A stretch of 64,000 nt of DNA. Origin: an uncultured Chloroflexia bacterium. Lineage in GTDB: Bacteria; Chloroflexota; Anaerolineae; JAAYZQ01. This document shows, piece by piece, positions 30,968 to 40,798 of the stretch. Each line of letters starts with the position of its first letter. Position 1 is the stretch's first letter. The notes beneath the pieces are model-generated. The model did not search any database. It saw nothing but the letters and a program-made list of their open reading frames with translations, and was not told the DNA's origin. The DNA lies in contig CAVOXA010000001.1 of the NCBI GenBank assembly GCA_963700285.1, forward strand, positions 1,120,001-1,184,000, written 5' to 3'. A program made the translations under genes and the position numbers.

Positions 30968-31993
30968 TCAACGGGCAACATCTCGCCTGAACTGCTCCAG
31001 CAGGTACCGGTAGAACGCCTCCTTCTGGGCAAAATCGAGTACAACGTCAACGCATCGACCGTCGGGGCTCTTCCGGATGGTGCCCTGGTCAAAGCCCTCG
31101 TTCTCGATCGAAAACCTCATGGTCTCCGGCTCCTCAAAGAATTCCGGGTGCGCCAGGTAGGCGGTGGTCGTGGTGTTCCACATCTCATAGTACGGGTCAT
31201 CTCGGACCATGGCATAGCTCTGGTGGACCAAGTCGGAATACTGGTGGCTGGCAGCCTGCTGCTCGAGCTTTGCCCTGAATTCGTCCGTGATCGGCGCCTT
31301 GTCGGTCACGTCTAGGGGAAGCATTACAATAGGAAACGATGTGTTCTGGAATATCCAGTCTACTGCCAGCGGATCCCAGTAGGCATTCCATTCGGCTCCT
31401 GGATTGGCGATTTTGGCCGGGATGGTGTTGGGATCGAGGTTGCCATCTACGTGTATGGCACCGCCCATCCACACTAGCCGTGCGATCCCTTTTTCCAGAT
31501 CCGGGTACTCTTTGAGCACGTCGCTGAGCGGGGTGAGGGGACAGGTGATCAGGAGCGTTACCGGTGTATCTTCCTCCACGGCCCGGGACAGGAGCTCGTG
31601 CAAAAGGTCACCTCCGGAGGGATGGGGCGGCCACTCTTCCTTATCCTCCAGTTGGGAGAAGGCCTCAATCTCGTGGTGGCGAATGACATCACCTCGATAG
31701 ATCCAGGGGAAGGGGTTCCATCCCCGGGCGTCGCTCAGTGCTACCGGGACTCCCGAATGCTTGATAAGCTGCATGAGCTTCCACTGGACCTGCATGGCCT
31801 GATCGCCGATTGTATCGGTATGGGTAAGGATGATGCCCTGCAGGTCTATTCCGTCCATCGTCGTCAGCAGCAGGTAGGACACAAAGTCATCGATAGTTCT
31901 GCCCTGGATAAAGACGACGGGCTCTCCCGCCTGCGCCAGCCGGCCACTGATATAGCCGCCCATGGCCCCGGCTCCCATGACCGCAATCTTTAT
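30968..31993 (-). CDS. Nucleoside hydrolase (IUNH) with chimeric ketopantoate-reductase-like N-terminus
   Basis: LVWMGGA, AEWNAYWDP, PLDVT and YYEMWN are IUNH features; the N-terminus IKIAVMGAGAMGGY...RLAQAG replaces the start of the DxDxxxDD motif. Confidence 0.75.
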   Translation of the reverse strand: MKIAVMGAGAMGGYISGRLAQAGEPVVFIQGRTIDDFVSYLLLTTMDGIDLQGIILTHTDTIGDQAMQVQWKLMQLIKHSGVPVALSDARGWNPFPWIYRGDVIRHHEIEAFSQLEDKEEWPPHPSGGDLLHELLSRAVEEDTPVTLLITCPLTPLSDVLKEYPDLEKGIARLVWMGGAIHVDGNLDPNTIPAKIANPGAEWNAYWDPLAVDWIFQNTSFPIVMLPLDVTDKAPITDEFRAKLEQQAASHQYSDLVHQSYAMVRDDPYYEMWNTTTTAYLAHPEFFEEPETMRFSIENEGFDQGTIRKSPDGRCVDVVLDFAQKEAFYRYLLEQFRRDVAR

Positions 31994-32026
31994 GATCTAC
32001 CTCCCTGATTCCCGTCCGTGAGCCTT

Positions 32027-34421
32027 CTATCGATCCCGCAAGTGCTGCACAAAGTAGTCAGTACTCTCTGACAGGACGGCGACCAGCCCGTCTCCGCCAT
32101 AGTGATGGTCCGAGTTGGGCAAGGGGAGAAAGTCGAAGGGTTTGTCGATGGCCATCATAGCCTCGATCAGGTTCACCGAGTTCTGCAGGTGGACGTTGGT
32201 GTCGGCCAGACCGTGGATGATCAGAGGCCGGATCTCGATCTGGTCCACCTTGCTGACAAGCTCTGTGGCCTCGTAGCCTTCTGGATTCTGATCGGGGGTG
32301 CCCATGTAGCGCTCGGTGTAGACCGTGTCGTAGTAGCGCCAGTCGGTGGGCCCCGAGCCGGCCACACCAGCGCGAAAGACGTCAGGCGCATGGATGAGGG
32401 CGAACAGGGTCAGAAAGCCGCCGAACGATTTGCCGTCGACACCGATCCGGTCAGCATCGACGTAGGGCAGCGTCCGCAGGTATTCGACTCCGGCCAGTTG
32501 GTCGTCGAGGGCTAGCAGGCCCAGGTAGTTGTGGATGGGCGTCTCAAAGCCGTGCCCGCGGCCAAAGCTGCCCCGGTTGTCCAGCCGCCAGACGATAAGG
32601 TCCTCCTGGGTGTACATCACGTCGCGCTCGATGTGGTTAAAGATGTTGGTCGTGCCATAGCGGTTCGACACCAGCTGGAGCGTGGGACCGCCGTACCAGT
32701 GGATGACCACCGGGTATTCTTTCGCCGGGTCAAAGCCCTCAGGCCTGACGATCTGGGCGTACAGGTCCTCGCCATCGTGGGCCTTGACCGTCAGGAACTC
32801 GCGGCTGACTTGCGGCAGGTCCAGTGCCGGCCCGGCACTCTGGCTCAGGACCTCTACCAGGCTGCCGTCGGACCGCAGGATGGAGGTGACTGGCGGGGTG
32901 TCGACGCTGGAGAACTGTTCCACCAGGTACTCTCCGTCGCCGGATAGGATGGCAAAATGAAAGCCGGGCTCTTGTGTGAGTTGCTCCAATTCGCCGCTTT
33001 CGAGGTTCAGGCGGTAGAGCTGCCGCTCCAGGGGGCTTGTCTGGGTGGTGGAAAAGTAGGCCCAGTCGCCAGACGGGTCGACGTGTACCGGCCTGCCAGG
33101 CGTGAGGAGGTCCCAGGCAGGGTATCGATGAGCCACTCTCCCTGGGTCAGTTGCTGGATCAGCTCTCCTTTTCGCGAGTAGAGGTAGAGGTGCATGAAGC
33201 CATCGCGCTCGGAGAGCCATAGGAGATACTCCCCATCGTCCAGGAAGACAGGGGCTACGTAGAGGTATTCGTTGACCCAGTAGGGGTCCGTCTCGCGGAT
33301 GACGGTCCGTCCCGTATTGGTCTGGGGTTCCAGGCCTCTAGCTCGAGGACGGTGTGGTCGCGGTTCTCAGCCAGGTACAGCGCTTCACTGGAATCAGGGA
33401 ACCAGGTGAAGAAGGGCAGGATATATTCCGCCTCTTCCGGTTGCGGGATGGCCTGGGGCTGCCCGCCGGCCGCTACGTCGATGAGGTGCAGGGAAGCCTT
33501 GGGATTCGGGCTGCCCGCGGACGGATAGCGGGTGTAGCTGACCTCGGGAGGTACCGGCCGGAAGTCGGTGACCGGGTGCTTCTGGACCTGCTCGTCGTCG
33601 AGGCGCAGGTAGATCAGCCACTGGCTGTCCGGCGACCAGGCGTAGGCCGGTTGCGCCACGCGCGTGGCAAACTCTTCGTTGTAGACCCAGTCGAGGCTCC
33701 CGTTGAACACGGTGTCGCTCCCGTCGGAGGTCAACTGCTGGACTCGGTCATCGTCGACGGTCACGACGTACAGGTCATTGTCCTGGACGAACGACACTGC
33801 TTCCCCTGAAGGTGAGAAGGCCACGGCAGTCTTGGTCCCGCCTTCGGCCAACGACGCCAGCTTGCCTGTCTCTACGTCGAGCAGCCACAGCGCTTTTTCG
33901 CCGGTCAGCAGCAGGGCATCGCCCCGCGGTGACCATTGGGCCGAATCAATATCGACGCTATCGGCGTGACCACTGGGATCAAGAAGGACATGCCTATCGC
34001 CCGTCGTCGCTTCGTAGAGCCACAGCACGGGCTGATCGTCCTGGGGGGCCTGATAGGCCAGCGTGGCCTCTTGTGGGCTCCATTGCAGGTGCGAGGGGCC
34101 GGGTCCGACCAACGCATCTGGGGCCACCAGCTCGCGGGCTGTGATCTTGGCTGTGGCTGGCGCGCCGGCTCCCTCCTGCGCACCACTGGACGCACACTCG
34201 CCCCGGAAAAAGGCCCACTCCTCGCACTCGGAGCCGTCGGGGAAGAGGCAGTAGCCCACCTCCCCTCCAGCCTCGGTACGAATCTCTACCTTGAAGCCCT
34301 GATCCGCGCAGAACTTGGATGCCGGATTGGCCATGTCAAGGGCAGGTTCTGTGGCCTGTGGACTACAGGCGGTGATGACCAGAATGGCCACGATCAAGGT
34401 GACGATCAACGTGCGTCTCAT
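32027..34421 (-). CDS. Lipoprotein DUF333 - dipeptidyl peptidase IV (S9B), frameshifted near 33100-33330
   Basis: Lipobox ITAC, DUF333, DWVYNEEF, RYPSAGSPNP, YGGP, GKSFGG, GLADTNVH, DHH catalytic triad. Confidence 0.85.
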
Positions 34422-34540
34422 TTCTTCTCCTCCGTTTGGGTGACTGGTCAAGTTTTCCGAAGCTGGAGCAGTCTCCTATGTAGAAAGAACCTGTACTAGC
34501 CTCGCAAGGCTGCCCATTGCTCGTGCGCAGGATAGTGCCA

Positions 34541-35653
34541 TCAAGGGCGTCGTGGGGAGCCTCTGGCCCCCAGAAGGATAACCCCCAGAATCCTGAAGGG
34601 CCGCAGGTAACACAGTCGCAGGAAAGCGATGGTCAGGAGCAGAGTCAGAGCTGCGATAGTCAGGAACTCCAGACCTTCTGACAGAGCGGGCATGAACTTT
34701 TCCCAGAAGGAGACGAGGATCATCAGCACGGCGAGATGGGCGACATAGATGCCGAACACATCCTTCCCATATCCAGCAAGGTGACTCATGGTGCGACTTG
34801 CCCGTATGCGGTCCTCGAGCCCATAAAGAAAGGCGAGAAGCCAGGTTGCGGCAATGAACTGGAATGGCAAGCCACTTGGCAGGAAATAATCCCTGGCATA
34901 GGTCCCAAACTGCTCGAACTGTGCGCGCTCCATGACCAGGTAGGGTACGTAGGTAGCCACCGCCAAGAGAAGCAACCACCATTGGGCCCTCCTCAATCGT
35001 TCTAGTGCGGTGGGAGAGTAACCGAGCCACAGACCCCAGAAGAAAAAGACGGCCCAGGCGAAGAACAGTTTGCCATAGCGCCATTCGAAAGCATGCTGGT
35101 CGGAACCCTGTGTCCAGAGCAACCTTCCCGAAATCGCATAGAATGCAATGGAGCTGAGGGCCGACAGGAGCAAGCAAATGAGCAGCACCTTCCGGCTGAT
35201 GTGCTTGGCTAGCAGCGTGTAGAGAAGAAGGAACTGGAGCAGGACAAAGATATAGTAGAGATGTATGAATCCGGTTGTCAGGTTGAACAAGGTCTGCCCA
35301 TTGATGGCCAAATTGCCCTGCAAGGCTCCAAGAACAAACATGTACACGATGTTCCAGGCAAAAAAGGGCACGACGAGCGTGTGGAACCGGCGCTGCCAGA
35401 AACGCCTGGCGTCCAGGCGATAGTCCGGATCGCGGTGATGGAGGCCCAATACCAATCCCGAGATTATGAAAAACAGGGGCACGACAAAGCGGGCCAGCGG
35501 CGAGATGAGGGTGTACAGCCACGTGCTGTGCACGTCTGGCGCTGTAAGCCCGGCAGTATGCAACAGTACGACGACGACTATTCCGATGACCCGAGCTATC
35601 TCGATATAGCTTAGCCTTACCCTTGATGAAGCGGGATTCGTTTGGTTTTCCAT
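34541..35653 (-). CDS. Acyltransferase-3 family membrane protein
   Basis: RLSYIEIARVIGIVVVVLLH, RFVVPLFFIISG, HLYYIFVLLQF, FGIYVAH. Confidence 0.85.
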   Translation of the reverse strand: MENQTNPASSRVRLSYIEIARVIGIVVVVLLHTAGLTAPDVHSTWLYTLISPLARFVVPLFFIISGLVLGLHHRDPDYRLDARRFWQRRFHTLVVPFFAWNIVYMFVLGALQGNLAINGQTLFNLTTGFIHLYYIFVLLQFLLLYTLLAKHISRKVLLICLLLSALSSIAFYAISGRLLWTQGSDQHAFEWRYGKLFFAWAVFFFWGLWLGYSPTALERLRRAQWWLLLLAVATYVPYLVMERAQFEQFGTYARDYFLPSGLPFQFIAATWLLAFLYGLEDRIRASRTMSHLAGYGKDVFGIYVAHLAVLMILVSFWEKFMPALSEGLEFLTIAALTLLLTIAFLRLCYLRPFRILGVILLGARGSPRRP

Positions 35654-35717
35654 GTGCCTGATCTCTTCTCCGTGCGGCGTTTCTGCCTGCTGCCAACCAA
35701 ACTTCATTGGTCAGCTT

Positions 35718-36974
35718 TCAAGGATCCACTCTGTCCGCGATGCCAATGCGGACAGGATCCGTCGTATAGTCAAAGACCGAGTAGTAGTGATCCAGAAAGA
35801 CGGAACCTGCCAGCAGCAACCGGGAAGTACTTGAGTTGTCTGTGGGCTGCAAGCCATGGAACGCCAAACGCCAGCCATCAGGAAACTCTTGAAAATACTC
35901 TTGGGCTGAGAGTGTGTATTCATTCCGACCCCTACCCTCGTCCACGAGTGCGATGGTGAGATCAGGATAGTCATCGAGAGCTGCCGGTTCATGCACTGCT
36001 TGGGGCCTGGCACCGTTGTCGGTGATTCGATTGACGATATCGTCCACCAGGGCCGGATCCCCCTTGAACCTTGAGGAACCCGTATCGAGGGCAAAAGCGG
36101 CCCCGCTTGAGGGTAGCGCTATTGGATCATCTCCGACCCTTATCTCACCCAATCTGACAGACCATAGGTCAGATGCGCTATCGGCAGAAGCTATGCCTCG
36201 GCTAACGGGATAGTATTTGAGGCTTGCTGGATCGTATCTTTTCTCGTTGAAGCCGCCGAGAACAACCTCTCCCCTGTTGAGTTCACGACTTGTCCAATAC
36301 GATACAAGTTTTCTATCCACCCATTCCTCTGCCAACAATAGATCCAGCAACTGGGTTGACATACCTTCCGCATTCACCGAGGGAAAGGCCAGCGAGCCAT
36401 CTTGAACCAGATCGTCCCAATTGGTGTTGGCGGTGCCGTCTGGGTTTTCTCCGTCTATCAGCGTCACAGCCTCCAGAAACCTCATGTCTGGAATGCTATA
36501 GAGCTGTTGGTCCTGCTTTCCACGGTGTGGACCGACCGCCCAGAAGTGCCAGGTATCTTGCCCGACCTTGAACTGGAACTTGCCCCATGGTCCCAATTCG
36601 CTGTCTCGTACCTGTTGATCGATCCAAACATGAGTTGCCGAGAGCTGTGGGTCGTAGCGACGGTGATGGCGGCACGGGTTGGTATCGCACTCTCGCGAGG
36701 TCACCCACGTGCTGCTCGTTCCAGTATCCATGATGAACTTGAACAACTGACCTGCCGAACCGGCATCGGCGGGGGATCCTCCACCTATGGCAAGCTCACC
36801 ATACCATGGTGAGGCACCGTTGTCTTTTGCTGGCCCCATGTGCAGCGAAATCACCAGTGCTTTGGTTCTGTTCGGCTCGATGGCAGAGCAGGAGGATATG
36901 GCCGTCAGTGCTGCGGCAATCAGGAAAAGCGCCGGAACCGGCCTGACTGCTGCCCTACCAAAGATTCTGCTCAT
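35718..36974 (-). CDS. Pepsin-like (A1) bilobed aspartic protease, probable lipoprotein
   Basis: WYGELAIG, FIMDTGTSSTWV, C...C...YDP, FALDTGSS, LLAGSVFLDHYYSVFD...RIGIA; signal peptide ending ISSC. Confidence 0.85.
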   Translation of the reverse strand: MSRIFGRAAVRPVPALFLIAAALTAISSCSAIEPNRTKALVISLHMGPAKDNGASPWYGELAIGGGSPADAGSAGQLFKFIMDTGTSSTWVTSRECDTNPCRHHRRYDPQLSATHVWIDQQVRDSELGPWGKFQFKVGQDTWHFWAVGPHRGKQDQQLYSIPDMRFLEAVTLIDGENPDGTANTNWDDLVQDGSLAFPSVNAEGMSTQLLDLLLAEEWVDRKLVSYWTSRELNRGEVVLGGFNEKRYDPASLKYYPVSRGIASADSASDLWSVRLGEIRVGDDPIALPSSGAAFALDTGSSRFKGDPALVDDIVNRITDNGARPQAVHEPAALDDYPDLTIALVDEGRGRNEYTLSAQEYFQEFPDGWRLAFHGLQPTDNSSTSRLLLAGSVFLDHYYSVFDYTTDPVRIGIADRVDP

Positions 36975-37012
36975 CGGCTGCCCCCTTTTCCACGAGGAAC
37001 ACGTGCTCGCAG

Positions 37013-37225
37013 CTAGTAAATCTCTGGCATGTCGATCGGTGCTGGCTGCGGTTTGCAGACCCCGCAGTAGAGAGCGTCGGTAACTACCACGGCTTTGGGT
37101 GTCTCATTCTTGCCCACGAAAATGGTCAGGATGAATGGTTTCTTGGATACATGCTCCTTGCAGACGGCTCGTCCGCAGAAACGGCAGGTACCCTGAGCTG
37201 GTTGGTTGCACTGCCAGCAATTCAT
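37013..37225 (-). CDS. Small Cys-rich zinc-finger-like protein (DUF2180-like)
   Basis: CWQC...CRFC...CKEH...CGVC; GGAG RBS. Confidence 0.7.
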   Translation of the reverse strand: MNCWQCNQPAQGTCRFCGRAVCKEHVSKKPFILTIFVGKNETPKAVVVTDALYCGVCKPQPAPIDMPEIY

Positions 37226-37374
37226 GTAAGCTCCTCGCTTTCTTCCGTCTTTTGCCCAGAACCTCTACGCTGAGTCGGTGTCGGAGCAGAACTATCCCTG
37301 GACAGAGGGTGCTGCGCCTCGCTCTATCCCGTTCGGATCGCTGGCTCCCTTGTTAGGGTAGGACCTCTTCAGGA

Positions 37375-38796
37375 TCAGAGTCGCAGATCGTTCTCTTTCT
37401 CAGCGCCCTGTGGCTGTGTTGTGAGGCTCCCACCCATGGTCAGGTCGCGGAGTACGTTTCCAGCCCAAGCCGCAGCGACAAACTCCTCATATGCAACGTG
37501 CTCTGGCTCCACGTAGTAAAAGCTCGAAAATACCTGGGGATAGTCCCGGATCATTCGATCCATTTCGGTGGTGCTCAAGTCCGCGAATCCAGTCGAGAAG
37601 GACGAGGGCACAGCGGCGAGTCTGAGCCGTGAGGCGTATCGTGTGGTGAACGGCGTCTTGGGCAATGGGGTCACCACTAGAATCTGGCTTCTGGCTGCAC
37701 CGATGCTCAGGAAGTGCTGGTGCAGTGAAAGGGTTTCCTGGAGGTCCTGCTTTGTCTCCCAGGGAAAGCCCACGACGAGAGAAGTTGTGACCCGGAACCC
37801 ATAAGCAGTTGCCGCCTCGACCGTTCTGCGCGCCTGTTCTACATCGAGATTCTTGCCGATACGCCTCTGTACCTGCTGGGAGCCGCTCTCGATGCCAAAG
37901 TAGATGTGCCGGCATCCTGCACTCTTCATATTCGCCAGCGCCTCGATGGGAAGGCTGTCTGGCCTGAGGTAACAGAACCAGGTCACCTCGTCGCCAGCCT
38001 CCATAGCATGAAGAAACTCGGCAAGCCAGTCCTCGTTTACAGCAAAGAGATCCTGTACGAGAAACACGTTCTTCAGCCCATAGCTGCGTACGAGCATCTG
38101 TAGTTGCTCAGCCAAAAGCCGCGGAGACTTCTGGCGCATTTGCCTGCGCCAGAAACCCGAAGTCGAGCAGAAGCAGCATCCGTGGGGGCACCCGCGTCCA
38201 GGTTCATAGGGAAGGAATCTGCCCAGGAGCGCTTCATCAAAGTGTGGATAGGCCCGATAGTCAGGAATCGCCAGGCAATCCAGATCGGGCAGCAGCGGAG
38301 CGGGCGGCGTCGAGAGGACCTTCCCATTAGATCGGTAGGTGAGGCTGGCTGCACTCTGAGGGTCCCTTCTGCCATCGATAACCTCTACTAGGCCGAGGAC
38401 GGCTCGTTCTGCCTCCCCCCGAACGACATAGTCGATCCAGGGAAAGGCCGCCATCGATTCCTCGGCTACGATGGATGCCTGCGACCCACCCAGGACGACT
38501 CGAGTCTGCGGCGAATGGCGTTTGACTTCCCTGGCCAAGAGCAGGACGAGTGGATAGCTGTTGCACATGGTAGAAAAACCTACCCAATCGGGCCCAGTCG
38601 CCACAATGTCAGCGGCCCAGCGGTCCAGGGCCGTATTGGTGTTGGTATTTCTGGAATCCCCCTGGCCAGGGTAATAGATCGTGCAATGATGTCCGGCGTT
38701 CGTAAGAACCTGATGTAGAGATAGGACGCCCAGTGGAAAATAGGGCGCCATCTTTTGCCCTTGGATGTCTGGGGCAGGTACTAGTACCACCTGCAT
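37375..38796 (-). CDS. B12-binding radical SAM enzyme (RiPP maturase 4)
   Basis: PYFPLGVLSL, VGFSTMC, VVLGG, VRGEAE (cobalamin-binding domain); GRGCPHGCCFC; FGIESGS. Confidence 0.93.
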   Translation of the reverse strand: MQVVLVPAPDIQGQKMAPYFPLGVLSLHQVLTNAGHHCTIYYPGQGDSRNTNTNTALDRWAADIVATGPDWVGFSTMCNSYPLVLLLAREVKRHSPQTRVVLGGSQASIVAEESMAAFPWIDYVVRGEAERAVLGLVEVIDGRRDPQSAASLTYRSNGKVLSTPPAPLLPDLDCLAIPDYRAYPHFDEALLGRFLPYEPGRGCPHGCCFCSTSGFWRRQMRQKSPRLLAEQLQMLVRSYGLKNVFLVQDLFAVNEDWLAEFLHAMEAGDEVTWFCYLRPDSLPIEALANMKSAGCRHIYFGIESGSQQVQRRIGKNLDVEQARRTVEAATAYGFRVTTSLVVGFPWETKQDLQETLSLHQHFLSIGAARSQILVVTPLPKTPFTTRYASRLRLAAVPSSFSTGFADLSTTEMDRMIRDYPQVFSSFYYVEPEHVAYEEFVAAAWAGNVLRDLTMGGSLTTQPQGAEKENDLRL

Positions 38797-38920
38797 ACGC
38801 TCTTGCCTCCATTCGTTGCCGCTGGCTCAGATGCCCGTATCTTCAACGATGTGGGTCGCCATGCCGCACAAGCGCCAAAGCCGCCACTCATCTTCAATGC
38901 GAAAGTCATTCCAGGCCCGA

Positions 38921-38953
38921 GCTGGAGGAAGGGAGCATCCCTCCGGCTTCAGC
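38921..38953 (-). promoter_or_regulatory. Conserved stem-loop after precursor A4
   Basis: GCTGGAGG..GGGAGCATCCCTCC..CTTCAGC; homologous to the hairpins after the other three precursors. Confidence 0.6.
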
Positions 38954-38981
38954 CTTGCCGTTCTGCACTTCCCCTGCCAAC

Positions 38982-39212
38982 TCACATAGGGATTCCAACA
39001 AAATCCCAATGCGCTTCTTTCGTCAGCCTTTCATCGAGGTCTGTACTGAGGGCTTTCAGATCTCTTTCTTTGAGGGCAGCCATCTGCTTTTCTGTCAGGT
39101 CATAGCCAGCGTCCTTGACGGTTTTCTCCGGGTTCTCCACCAGGCTGGCCCGGAATTCAGGATCGGCCACCATCCGTCCGATCAGCTCGTGAATCTCTTT
39201 CTCAGTTGCCAT
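38982..39212 (-). CDS. RiPP precursor A4 (NHLP-clan leader; putative core EAHWDFVGIPM)
   Basis: AGGAGGTGA RBS; leader LIGRMVADPEFRASLVENPE...GYDLT...LDERLTK. Confidence 0.9.
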   Translation of the reverse strand: MATEKEIHELIGRMVADPEFRASLVENPEKTVKDAGYDLTEKQMAALKERDLKALSTDLDERLTKEAHWDFVGIPM

Positions 39213-39388
39213 TTCGCTCACCTCCTTTCCTCGTTAGATGGTATTTGTTCAGGAGCCGCAGGGCAAGCTGCTCCCTGGGTCAGAGTTCACTGCGCCTCTG
39301 GCCAGCTTGCCCCCTGTCCTTGGTGAACGAGCTATGGACTGGCACTCTATTTCGGTGAGGTGAATTGCTCTCAGTTTCAGCCCCTTTT

Positions 39389-40798
39389 CTACTCTGTGCT
39401 ATTGGGCACTCTCCCTTCGCTGAGGTCACGCAGAGCATTGCTGGCCCAGGACGCGGCAACGAACTCCTCGTAGGAGACGAATTCCGGTTCCAAGTAATAG
39501 AAATTCGAAAAGATTTGAGGATATTGCCGGATCATCCTCTCCATCTCGGCGTTTCGGAAATCATCGAGGCCCCTCGACCAGGAGGAGAGCACAGGAGCAA
39601 GGGTGAGCCGTGAGGTACATTGGGTTGTCAAGGGTGTTTTGGGCAAGGGAGACAGCACATACATCTGGCTTCTCGCCACACCGATGCTCAGGAAATGCTG
39701 GTGCAGAGAGAGGGTCTCTTGGAGATCATCCGCTGTCTCCCAGGGAAAGCCCACAATGAAGGAGGTTACAACCCCCATACCACAGGCTACGGCTGCCTCG
39801 ATGGTCTTGCGTGCCCTGGCAAGGTCCACATTCTTTTGCAGTAGCGCCTGCACCCGTTGGGAACCGCTCTCGACGCCGAAAAAGATGTGTCTGCATCCCG
39901 CTCTGTGCATATCAGCCAGAGTGTGCGCGTCCACGCTGTCTGGGCGGAGAGCGCAGCCCCAGCTAACGGCGTCCTTCGCCTCAATAGCGCGAAGAAAAAC
40001 GGCCAGCCAGTCATGGTCCACGGCAAAAAGATCCTGCACCAAGGCCACGTTCTTTACCTGGTACCTGCGGGCCAGGTTCCCGATCTGTTCAGCCAGCAGG
40101 TAAGGAGTCTTCTGGCGCCGCCGGCGGCGCCAGAAGACAGAGGTCGAGCAGTAACTGCATCCGTATGGGCATCCGCGCCCCGCCTCCAAAGGCATGCTCT
40201 CATCTCTAGCACCATCATGTCCTCGAGTTAGTGCCTCGTCGAAGCGCGGATAGGCCCTGTGGTTTGGGACCGGCAAGGAATCGAGATCGTTCACCAGGGG
40301 CCTGAGTGGTGTCGACACAATCCTACCATCAGCTCGGAAGGTCAGACTGAGTACTGCATCCGGCTTCCGGCTCCCGTCCATCACCTGGACAAGGTCGAGG
40401 ATAGCTTGTTCTGCCTCTCCTCGAATGACATAGTCGATCCAGGGAAAGGCTCCCAACGACTCTTCGGCTACAGCTGAGGCCTGCGGTCCACCCAGCACGA
40501 CCGGTGTCTGTGGAGAAAGGTGTTTCACTGCCTTTGCCAGGAGCAGAATCAGCGGATAGGTATCGCACGTGGTCGAGAAACCCACACAATCGGGTTCTGC
40601 CGCCACGATTTCAGCCGCCCAGCGGTGTATGGCCACGTCGGGCTCGGCTGGTTCAGGCAGATCTTGGCCCGGATAGTAGATGGTGCAGCCGAATCCAGCG
40701 TCACATAGTATTTGGTTGAGTGAAAGCGCACCCAGTGGAAAGTAGGGCACCGGCCTGCGCTGCCGGAGGTGTAGGGCAGGCACCAGCACGATATTCAT
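39389..40798 (-). CDS. B12-binding radical SAM enzyme (RiPP maturase 3)
   Basis: Same domain motifs; GRGCPYGCSYC; start overlaps the stop region of maturase 2. Confidence 0.93.
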   Translation of the reverse strand: MNIVLVPALHLRQRRPVPYFPLGALSLNQILCDAGFGCTIYYPGQDLPEPAEPDVAIHRWAAEIVAAEPDCVGFSTTCDTYPLILLLAKAVKHLSPQTPVVLGGPQASAVAEESLGAFPWIDYVIRGEAEQAILDLVQVMDGSRKPDAVLSLTFRADGRIVSTPLRPLVNDLDSLPVPNHRAYPRFDEALTRGHDGARDESMPLEAGRGCPYGCSYCSTSVFWRRRRRQKTPYLLAEQIGNLARRYQVKNVALVQDLFAVDHDWLAVFLRAIEAKDAVSWGCALRPDSVDAHTLADMHRAGCRHIFFGVESGSQRVQALLQKNVDLARARKTIEAAVACGMGVVTSFIVGFPWETADDLQETLSLHQHFLSIGVARSQMYVLSPLPKTPLTTQCTSRLTLAPVLSSWSRGLDDFRNAEMERMIRQYPQIFSNFYYLEPEFVSYEEFVAASWASNALRDLSEGRVPNSTE

